DNA of 64,000 bases from Lytechinus pictus. Lineage: Eukaryota. Location: contig NC_087257.1 in NCBI RefSeq assembly GCF_037042905.1, positions 26,474,001 through 26,538,000 on the forward strand, read 5' to 3'. This document shows positions 1 to 11,200 of this stretch, piece after piece. The translations under genes were made by a program, and so were the position numbers. Numbering within the stretch: the stretch's first letter is position 1; each line of letters starts with the position of its first letter. The notes under the pieces are model-generated. The model was not told the DNA's origin, did no database searches, and was given only the letters and a program-made list of their open reading frames with translations.

Positions 1-967
1 AAGATGGCACACCTTGGCTTCAATGTGTTTGTCATTGAACTAAGGCAAAATGATTTGGAAAAGGCGTCATTATCATTGGAAAAGGTCACCAAAAGCCAAG
101 AGGCAAGATGGACAATTTACTCTCTAGTTTAATAGTATAATACCCAATAGGGTCAGTTCTACACATGAGGACATATATGTACATGTACATGAACTTCATG
201 TAAATGCTCATGCAGGCTAACAGCATGTTGGCTAGTACAGTTTTACCTGTTTTATTTTGTGCATACATGTACATTGTAATGGCAACATTGGAAGTCTTAC
301 ATGTAGGCCCCTATATTGTACATGTACCGGTACCTGTACCAAGGAATTGCATGTACAGTGCTGATATTGCCAATATATTGGCCTGGTTGCTTGTAGCAAA
401 ATTGACTTTCTTGGTGAAGGCAGTACTGTATGGCTTTCTGATACGTGTTCATGTGCAGTAAACCTACATGGAGCTGAATGATATTGATAACTCCACGGAC
501 TACGTGGATGTAGGCCTGCATACATGTACAGTGTAGGCCTACATGTATGTGCTGTACATGTATGTATGCACTGGAATTATAATGATACAAAATACAGAAG
601 GCCTAGTGGCCTGCATACATTGTACATGTATATTTTGAACTTTTGTGGAGGCCTGTACTGTACATGCATGGAACTATTACACAACACACAGTGCAATGAT
701 GGCCTACAAATTCTTTGAGCCACAAAAATCAATTGTTTGCTTAGTGATATGTACTGTGGAAATGTTAGAGACCCCTTAATAGGCTTTCTTCTTTTTACCA
801 ATTCGTGTTCTTCAGTATTCTATTAAGCATCACATTTTAAAAATAATGTCTTTTAGTGACAAGACAGGTCTACATGATACACACAAAAGCTATTGTAGTG
901 AAAAACATAAGTTTCCATGCATGTGGACAAATCTTGGAAACACACAGGTCTACATGTATATCCATGC

Positions 968-1135
968 CAGGGGCCGTGGAAGCGGGGGGGGGGGGGGGGG
1001 GAGGCTGGATGGGGCTTCAGCCCCCCCCCACTTTTTTCCAAAACCGTGTACAAAAACGTAAAAATGACCATATGATTGTGATTTTTTGTATGGTCAGCCC
1101 CCCCCCCCACGTTGAAAACCGTTCCGCGGCCCCTG
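968..1135. mobile_element. MITE with CAGGGG termini and 5-bp TSD (hAT5-like)
   Basis: TIRs CAGGGGCCGTGGAA / TTCCGCGGCCCCTG; CATGC on both sides; inverted homologue at 58657-58807. Confidence 0.8.
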
Positions 1136-3574
1136 CATGCAAACACATCTGTTGAGAAGATTGCCACTTTTGCACCCTTGCTCAGCAAATAGTTTGGTTT
1201 GAAATGTTACATTTTCTGGGAAATTATGTGAAGTCCATATTCTTCGTTCAATAATTCAGTGATTTTTTTCTTCTTTATACTGGGCTCTAATAAATAAAGA
1301 CCTACATGTATTCCTTGCTGCATAAACTACATGCACTGTTCTACACTGCATAAATCTAAGTTGCAATGTTAGTTTTTTTAATCACAACACCACCTGAAAG
1401 AAAATGTTTTCTTTGCGGTTGTACCATTTAAATGTTCTGTTTGTTTGACACTCCTGACAATAGAGGAAGGACGAAGGAGTCTGCTCCAAAAAATCTTTGT
1501 TGGGGATGTTTGTACATACATGTATGTGCAAGTATTCATGTTGTGGGTAGGGGCGTAGCTACATGATCAAGAAATTGGATAACGGAGAAGATGGGGTTGG
1601 ATTCCTTTTGGCTCTAGACCTGAAATCCTGGTATCCAACGTCCGTCAGTGAAATGTTGATTTCCTGTGCATCTTCTATACGCTCTCATTATATGTATTTC
1701 TGGATTACTCCAGTGTGCATGTGTAGGCCTTTATATATCTGAAATGATTAGTGTATTTATAAAGATGACTGATTCATGCACACCTTGCTGAAAACAATGA
1801 TAGGGACCAATCAGAATCATTCTTTCATATTGCATCCCATTGAACCTTGTTGTCGTGCGACTTTACATGTACATGTACAAAATGGTCCTTTTTTTTTCAA
1901 GCCCTACATGTACAGTACGTGGGGGCAACCAATTCATAAATGTTCGTAAACTCTTGTATAAAGTGAAATAGGCTCCTGGGAGGTGGGAAAAGGCGTTCAG
2001 CTTCGATAGAAAAATGTGTGAATACATACATGTACATGTGTAGCTTTTACTGGTTATGACGCAGTGTATAGTATGTACATTTAGGTCTGTGTACAAGTAC
2101 ATTCGAAGGGTGTCGAATAACCCCCCCCCCCCCCAAAAAAAAAGAACAGAGCCCCAAAAAGGGGTTTTCTGAACTTGCGCTTCTGGGATCCATACTGTGT
2201 TGGTTCTGATTATTATGTACAGCCTGTACATGTACGTGAGATAGGGGCATGCGGTTAACACTTTTTTTTTGGGGGGGGGGTGTAAAATGTAGGCCTACAG
2301 GTGGAAATATGTCTAGAGAGAATTACAAATGTATATGTATATCAGATTGAAATTATGTGTGTACAATGTATGTAGGGGTGCTTTTGAAATATGTGGTCAC
2401 GCATGTGTACATGTACAGTGATGTAGGTCTACAAGTTTTTGAGTGAGTCTTTACATGTACATGTAGTTGGAGATAAGCTGAGGATTTTGGACATTACATC
2501 ATGCCATTCCCAACATTTATGTACATGTACATGTACATGTATGTAGTCTGTGGCAGTGTGCGTAGATCAATGGCTAGAATTTACATGCATGTACTGTAGT
2601 GTGTCCATTATGTTGCACTGAGATGGCACAGTACCCATGGCTAATTTGCTAGTCTCTTTCAAGCAACTCCTGGCATTACAGAACTGACACTGACGGTGTC
2701 ACGCTTATAAAACATTCCCCATAGACTTGTGTGTTAAAATGGCACTTAAGAAAAATTCATAAAAAATAAATGTGAAATTACATGTAGAGGGTCGAATGTT
2801 TACTACCTTTGGATAGAATATATATCTGACATTCCATATCTGACCAGAAAAGGGTATCGTAGCCAGCTCATTTTAAAAATAAATCGCCATTTATGAAGAT
2901 AACGATGATGGGATCAAATTCATCAACTGAAACAGTAAAATAGCCCCAATTCTTCCGCCAGTCAAAAAATAGTTCCAAATCATTGATATATCTTCCCAAT
3001 TTGGGCAAAGGAAGTTCAGTAGTTACCATTTCTAGAATCAGTGTTAGATTTTGAATCATATTCATACACTTTTGTCAATCAGCATTATCAAATTGAAAAA
3101 ATTTGAATGGGTTGGGTCGAACGAATATCTTTAGCCCTCCTGATGTAATAAGGCTCATGGCACCTGACATGCCTTGTGCACCATGCGCCTATGGCTTATT
3201 TGGTAGTCTGTTTCAAGCCTTTTGGTTTACAATTAATACCCGGTACACATTTCTGCAAATTTGCCCTGAGATTTAAGTTTACTTTGTATATCTAGGACCG
3301 TTTTCATCAAAATTCAGTGTACCCCAATCCCACCCCCCCCCCCTTCATTAATATACATGTAGGCTATGCATGAACATTCATGTACATGTAGAAACAGGAT
3401 AATGGGTGCAGTAGCATTCATTTATGTATACTGTACATTATGTACATGTAGGGCTGTATTATTTGTCAATGGATCTGGGCGTTTTATTCCATGATACTCT
3501 TTCTTGTAAGAGAAATCATATCCCTATTAAAAAAAGGATGTATTGAGTGTGCTGGTTCTCACGCTGAACTTTAA

Positions 3575-3928
3575 AGGTAAATTCCAGTTGTGGGAACGAT
3601 CTCAAAATGACTTTTTACAGAATTTAATACAATGATCACCAAAGTGTCTGTTTGTATGAATAAAAAATATGTGCCAAAGGATTCTGGAAGAAATTGTGTA
3701 ATTGCCTAGAAATAAGCAAAATAAGCGCGGATTCGATCACTTCCGTCGGGTCTTTATTCCAGCAATAATAATACACTGTCCCACGTGTGCCTATCTGTGT
3801 TGGCGATCTTCAGTGTGATCGTTTTTTAGCTAGATATTATGATTTCACAAAGTTCAGTTTATGTAACTGTACCAGATCTAGACTTTCTCACGAAATCAGT
3901 GTTTTACTGCAACTACGTTCATTTAGCT
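3575..3928. mobile_element. Kolobok-like non-autonomous DNA transposon
   Basis: TTAA on both sides; termini AGGTAAAT / ATTTAGCT; diverged inverted partial copy at ~55710-55980. Confidence 0.7.
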
Positions 3929-5303
3929 TTAAGCTCTACGTTACCCAAGGATTGAGCTGCACTTTTTCATCGAGTGTCGTATTTAATTCAAAAAATGAAT
4001 TTTTATGACATTCTGTAGAATATGTGTTGCAGAAGTACATGTACTACTACTAGCATTGATCTATAGGCATGCATGTAGGCTATTTATAGCCCTGCAATTT
4101 ATATAGGCCTATATAAATAATATGAAAATTTCTGCACTTTATTATTTCGAAGTTGAATCATACAGGTACATGTACTTGTATTATTCATGAAGGGCCGCAA
4201 CTATTAAAAAGCATTGACAGATTAGAACTACAATGTGTGAAGACTGGAGATAAGCCTATCTTTTTCAGTGTTTGGTTGTACAGATAAAGCACAGGTCCAT
4301 CCTCTTTATCATGGAGCTACTACATGTATTTATGTTCAATCTTGTTAGTCTCTCATTTTCAGACCCTTTATTACAATAGTATGTACATGTAGGCCTTTTA
4401 ATATGTACAATGTCCAATGTATATGTGTATGACTCTTGAGGCCCATGGTTTCTTTTGTGGATGCAATGTCATGCATGATGACTGACTAGTCTGTGCACAC
4501 AGACCCAAGATGACACTTCAATCACCATGTGGGCTATTCCATGGTTACTCTCATTACATTTGGAGACACCTTGACTCATACTTGGAGCTGTAATATTGAT
4601 AGGAACTAAACATCTCTTTATCACAACATAGAACGCAGTCTGACTATCCTTTGTATAAAAACAAAACTTGGGAAATTTCATTATGCTCCTGGCAAATCTT
4701 TTAATGTGTCGGTTACTCATACATGATTTGGACATGCATAAAATGAAAAGTGGACATAATTGAAAAGTGTCCTCATGCAAGGCTTTTATGAAAGTTGATT
4801 ATATCCATTTCAAAGAAGTATATGAGGGAGACAAATTTGTATAGAATTAAAAAATAAAGAACACATGGTTTTTACTAGGGGTGCAGATAAAGTGGTTACT
4901 CACGTTACGGTTCAGATGGGCTATATGTACAAAGACACATTGAGCTCATGTCCACCAACCTATGGAATTGCCCATGTGCATCTTTAGGGATGTCTTTCGA
5001 GACCCCAATTGGACAAGTCAGTGCACAATCCAAATATCTATCTTCCCATCTAAAAATATAAGCTAAATCCCACCTTGACTACTTAAATCCTGTGGTTTGC
5101 GTCAGCAACTACCGATTGAAAAGGGTCTGATTAATCAGACCCACCTCTCTCCCGGGTCCTAAGTAGTGACGTCATTGATCTAACATCGGCCTGGGAGTAG
5201 TCCCTGTACACACATGCTGAAATCCCAGTCACGTCCTTATCTCTTTTATTATCTCCAGTTGCAAAAGGAAACAAGTGAAACACATAACAATCACCACTGA
5301 ATT

Positions 5304-5941
5304 CTCGCTACCCCAAATAGGAACAAAAATCTCATAATGCGCGAGACGAGATAATTTTCACTCCGTCGGGTCGTCATCACCACTTCCGGTTTAGAGTCAT
5401 GCTCGCGCGAGGTTCGCGATACTGAGTTTTCCACCACGCTGAAATCGATGCCAATCAGCGTAATATGTACAGAGTATAATACTTTTTATTACATTTGGTC
5501 AGTTTTTATTCCATTTGAATTATTAAAAAAATATATATATATATTTCACGTGAGTATAATTTTTATTCATGTTTTTATATGGTTATAAAAAATCAAACAA
5601 ATAATGAATATCTTAAAATTTTGCATTTAGCGACCGGCCTGACATCACGATCGTATTCAACTAGACACTAAATATATTCAGCATTCATTTCGTTCAATTT
5701 TTCGTCGACCACAAAATGGATAAAAATCAGTTTCGGAACTTAAAAAAATCTTAACTGACAGATGAATACCGTGCAATGGAAAGCGTCAGGCAGAATTAGT
5801 GACTTTAGCAGAAAAGGCTGTAAAACAGTGCGTTGGACTTCCGAACAGGAAGTTGTAATACCGAAAAAGCTATCCCATAATGCAATGCACGTTACAGGGA
5901 TTTTCCCGGATCTCGGCGAAATCGCTATTTGGGGTAGCGAG
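5304..5941. mobile_element. Non-autonomous DNA transposon with AATT target (possibly Sola1-like)
   Basis: Perfect 17-bp TIRs CTCGCTACCCCAAATAG / CTATTTGGGGTAGCGAG flanked by AATT; CpG-rich interior. Superfamily inferred from the target site only. Confidence 0.75.
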
Positions 5942-6153
5942 AATTACAGAAAATCTACATGTATTGTAGGGATACCATACATGAATTCCATTATGGTCCT
6001 TCTGTCATTGAAAATATTATCATCCATAGTGCATGTACATGTACTGTAATATTGGAAGTGAAGACCTTTCACAGCCCTTTTTTGCCAAATATGTAGTGCA
6101 TGTGGCCTATGTATTGTATTGTAGACCCAAATATTAGGTTTACAGTACGGAGT

Positions 6154-6505
6154 GGTTACACTTCGTAATTCCGAAGGTTCTTTATTCCGACGGTTCGTAA
6201 TTCCGAAACACGTAAATTGCCTATACCTCGATGTTCGTTAATCCGAATACGTAAAAGGGTTCGTTAATCATTAGTTTTCGGACTAACGAACCTTCGGAAT
6301 TACGAACCTCATTTCGTTTTCAGATTAACGAACCTTCGGAATTACAAACCTCACTTCGTTTTCGGACTAACGAACCTTCGGAATTACGAACCTCATTTCG
6401 TTTTCGGACTAACGAACCTTCGGAATTACGAACCTTCGGAAATACGAACCTTCGGAATAACGAACCTTCGAAATATCCGAATCTTCGGAATTACGAATGT
6501 ATGCG
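6154..6505. mobile_element. MULE-like non-autonomous element with internal tandem repeats
   Basis: 9-bp TSD GTACGGAGT (6145-6153, 6506-6514); subterminal inverted TTCGTAATTCCGAAG / CTTCGGAATTACGAA; many ~16-bp ACGAACCTTCGGAATT units. Confidence 0.8.
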
Positions 6506-7517
6506 GTACGGAGTACAGTATGTGGCATATCATGATGCTACAGGACTCACATGGATGCCGATTCCTCATACAGAATTACATGTAGTCCTTTATTAAAAAG
6601 AAGACAATTGTGAAGGATTTCTCATTGTGCCCCTGAAAGTTCAAATATAATAAGGCCACCATCACAAACAATTGCACTATGGCATGCTTTCATACATACT
6701 GTACAATGTACATGTATACTGGTGGTTTCTGATATTGGACATTGAGGAGTAACTTAGACAAGATGCAAGCATTGCATGTACATGTACATGAATTGAAGGC
6801 CCATGTACATGTAGTACAATTGATATCAATCATGCGATTGACTACACAGTACCTTTTTTAGGTATCATTTCCAGCACAAGCTTTAATAATTTATGCTTGC
6901 ACGATACTGCAGTGTGCATTTAGGTCTACATTTTTATGCAGAATAGGTGTACGGTACATGTAGGCCGACTTATTCTATTTTCACTTTTTTATACAAAACT
7001 CACACTTCATGGTTTACATGTAGGCATGAGTCTGGGAAAAGGGCTGGTTGTTATTGACTTGACCTTGCCTGCTACCCTTGAAGAAGGGTTTTGTCACATG
7101 ACCTTGTGACCTCATAAGCTCCTTTTTATGAACTCAGGTTGGGTACCAATCTGCTGTCAACAACAGGAGCCCCTTTTAAACCTGGAGATACATATGTGTA
7201 TAGGCCTACAACTGTCTGTACGTATGTGATGTCAATGTGCATATAAGCCAGCCCCAAAACGTTTTGTTGTCGCTTTTACCACTTTGTCAATCAATTGCTT
7301 TGATTCGGGACTCCGTCTTTGCTGGTTCAGTCTGAACTTTTGGCTGGCAAAAATGTTTTTGCAAGGAAACTTGGAAATTAGGGTTGGTCAGAAGATGACA
7401 TATATTTTTTTATTGAATAAAAAAGGAATGCAATCTTTCACTACAGTCTACATGTATGGTACAGTAGGTCTGGTTTATAATGACATACTTGTACTGTACA
7501 TGTAGGAATCGGTATGG

Positions 7518-8250
7518 CAAGGCGGTCCGTGGGGGGGGGGGGGACTCGGTCCATTGCAAATCTCGTAGATTGAACCTCACCATTTCGATTCTCGTGAAAT
7601 TTGGCACACACAGTGGTCTTGAGTTTAGATGTGCAAGACATATTTCAGAGCTGCCAATAAGTACGTTTTTGCAATCAAAATGCGACAGTACGTTTTTTCT
7701 TTAAAAAATATGATTTTGTAAAAAATAAAATTAAAAAAAATTACCTTTTTTTAACAAAATCGTAATTTATTGAGAAAAATCATCACTCTATGTTTCTATT
7801 TCATAAAACTTCCTCAAATAGTTATTGGATCAATGTAATTTCGGCTTACTTTTTTTTCAATCATTTTGTTAAAACCAAGGTGAGATATACACATGTTTCA
7901 ATGTTGTTGTTTTTTCATTTGATCTGCAAGAGCAGCGCACATTTGAGCTTGCATGCAGCTTGAGCGCCGGGAGGAGCGCGCGCGCCACGCATTTTATTAT
8001 GAAATACAGTTTTTTTGGGGGAAAATACAGTTTTTTTTATCAAAGAATACAATTTTTCATTCCCAGAGGTTGGCTGATATTTTTTGCATGTGTCAGAAAA
8101 ATGGGTTGCCATGGTAACAAACAGTATTTTGGCATATATTATGAAAATACTGATTGAACTACTTCCTCAGTTTTTGACAGGTTGTTACATGTAAGAAAAC
8201 ATGTAAGACCCATTTTTCCAATGTGTTGTTAACTGTTGCCATGGTAACAT
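7518..8250. repeat. Probable DNA-transposon fragment carrying two GTTGCCATGGTAAC motifs
   Basis: CpG-containing block distinct from its flanks; identical 14-mers at 8105-8118 and 8235-8248. Ends not resolved. Confidence 0.35.
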
Positions 8251-11200
8251 CTTTAAGGGTGGGGTTTCTACATGTAGTTTTTGTTGCCTTTTCAAGCAAG
8301 GGTGGTGCCTACATAGTACATGTACATCACAGAACGTGTACATCATGGTCCTACTGGAGATACATGTATACAGTACATGAAGGCATGCAGTGTATACCTT
8401 ATTCTCATTACTGAAGCAACTTTTAGCAGTGACGTGGCAATGTTGACTACATAGTTCCACAAGTAGTTCAATCTCTGGTGACACTTTTGTTTTGATGCAA
8501 CCCTGTTGACATAAAGCCTTGAAATACATGTACATGTATTAAGATTACTACCGGGGTTAAACTCCAATAGCATAAAAGGGAAATGTGTAGACTTGCTCAG
8601 AAAAGCTGCCTTGGATAAGTAATAAATAATTTCATATCAATTAAACTTCTTTTTATTAACAATGAAAATACATTCTAGTCATAAAATTGAAATTAAGAAG
8701 GTGCTCAACAATGAAGAAAAAGAAAAAAATATGCAGGTACAAGTACTGTAGGCATACATTACTATTTACTTGTACTATCTGTGAAGGTTGTCTGCATCCA
8801 AATGTGTCTATAGTTCAAATGTTGAAAGCAAATTTTAAAAATTGTGTTTGCACTTTGCATAATGATCAGTGAAGGCCATTTTTTTGTAGGGGGTCCTATA
8901 GCTCAATAAGCATTGAGTATTTGATGTGGTTTTTAACATCTTCTTTTGTTTAATATAGGAATCTACCTATTTCCAATCAATGTCCTTTGTTGGTTACCAA
9001 AATGTTTATCTTATAAAGATTTTTTTTTTGCAAAGAGATAGTTCAGAACTGATTTGGGCTGGCCTACACAAGGATTTTACTGACAAGACCAAACCCATGG
9101 TCAAAATTCAAGAGTACACACAAGTGTGTGCAGTTTTGAAAGACTTGCATCATTACCGGTAATTCACTATATTTTGGTCGGACTATAGTACATGTACATG
9201 TAGATTATGGTCAGTGTCAGAGTGCTCAAACTATAAATGTACATGTACATACTGTATGCACACATGTACTGTATGCACACATGTACTGTACAAGGTTTAT
9301 AGTCAGTTTGTTTGGCTACCAGTTGGTCTTTAAATTTTTTTTTTGAAAGAATATTATAGGCCTATCCTGAACAGAGCGATGATCTCCACATGCCTTGCAA
9401 GTCTGCACACCATACACTATTCTGTCACTGAAGTGTTTGCTATTATAATCACACTAAAAACGAACCCTGGATCTGGATGTCTCTAGCTTGTCCCAAGGTA
9501 CTAATTGCTATTTCTCCTCGAAATTGAGACCAAATTGAGACTAATTAGACATGAAAGCTCATGATTAGTACATGTTTTTTCGGTGGAATGGGAATAATGA
9601 CTATTTGCAAATGTTTTATGAGGAGTTTCCTGTCTTCCCTGCTATAATGATTATTGAATAATTCTTGTTGGAAGACTACATACATGTAGATGTACACATG
9701 TGTTAAAAAGCAAGTGTGCTATAGAATGCCTCGGGCTATCTTTTTGGCAAATTGCCAAGTATCCTAAAATATATTTTGCCCATGCTTTGTTATGTTTCCA
9801 AGTGACTGTACATGTAGGTTTCAAAATCAGGACCTTTGACTGCCAAGAAATTTATTTCAAATATCAGGAAAGTACCCTTGAAATACTAAAAGTTGTTCAA
9901 ATATCTGATAATTTGTTTCAAAATTATTCATTCACACCTGTCTTGTAGATCCATGTTATGAAAAGGGGATTGTTAATTTCCTGGGTATGAGCCTGCAAGA
10001 AGTCCCCCCCCCCAAAAAAAAAAAAAAAAAAAAAAAACATGGCAAGAGCACTGGAACATGTAGGCCTACATGTATATGTGCCACTTTTCTAAACAAAAAA
10101 CAAAAAAAATATTTAATCCAAAATTTTACACTTTTTCTTTCCTGTCTGGGATAGAGCTTCTGGTCATACACTGTATATACATGTATACCAAGTTATCCGT
10201 CTACATGTATATACATGTACTTTTGTAATCCTTCAGACTTATGTCTTTCAAAATACAGTACTGCCGGCTAAAACCAGTGTTACGTGTAGGCCTGTTTTTA
10301 ATAAAAGCTGTACGTTCTGTATACTTCATGTAATACAAATAGCCAAAGGCATCAGTCTGGATTTAGCAATGTTTGCAGAATAAGCCCAGGTCCTTCCTGC
10401 CCCTATCTCCCTCCAACTACAGTACATGTACTGTAAAGAGAGTATTACCAAATCAAATGGATCTGTCTGAAGATTTGTCAATACTATTGATCTTTCTTCA
10501 TCTCTCTCCCCTCCCCCTTAGATTTAATATAAAAGTTTTGCCGAGGATTTCTTTTGTGTCTCTTTAAAGGGTATTTTGAGTTTAATAAGTTTTGGTGTAC
10601 ATGCATGCAGCATGCAAAGGCTCATTCTTGATGCAGACACACCCACTGCCTGCTACCGTATAACAGTTTACACTGGACATGCAAACTGCAACACATACAT
10701 GTAGATGATTAAACATTTAGGGCCAATATGTATTTCAAACCTTCTGTTCATCAGGAAATTTTTTCTTTTTCGTACATGTACGAGGGCTGTTTTTTACTGT
10801 CTTGACAGACCAAATTTATACCGCTTGTGTCATTGTCGTGATGAGGATATAGGTATTTTTTTATTCAATAAAGAGTAAAAACTTATTAAACTTCATGAAA
10901 TTAAATGTACAAGAAATTGTCTTTATCATCAATTGTCTCCAGGTATTCTAGAAATGACTTTAATCCTCAACCAGGGTTTCCTTTTTTTCTGGAATGCAAT
11001 TTACATGTACATGCAGCTGGTATGCAAACGTGTTGCCTAATCGATGAGTAATTGGTGATCACTGATCACATACATGTACATCGGGACTTTCCCTTTTTTG
11101 ACAGAACTTTGGATTCTAGGAACCATATTTGATGTTAAATATTTTCAATGAATCACTAAATGTTTACATGTACTTCAGGGCAACAATACTGTCTTGGGTT

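Noticed and set aside
86-801. Cluster of short ORFs rich in M/Y/H/V/C/T
   Set aside because: Artefact of TACATG-type repeats, which lack stop codons.
6154-6505. CRISPR-like regular repeats
   Set aside because: No unique spacers, eukaryotic context, no cas genes; bounded by a 9-bp TSD.
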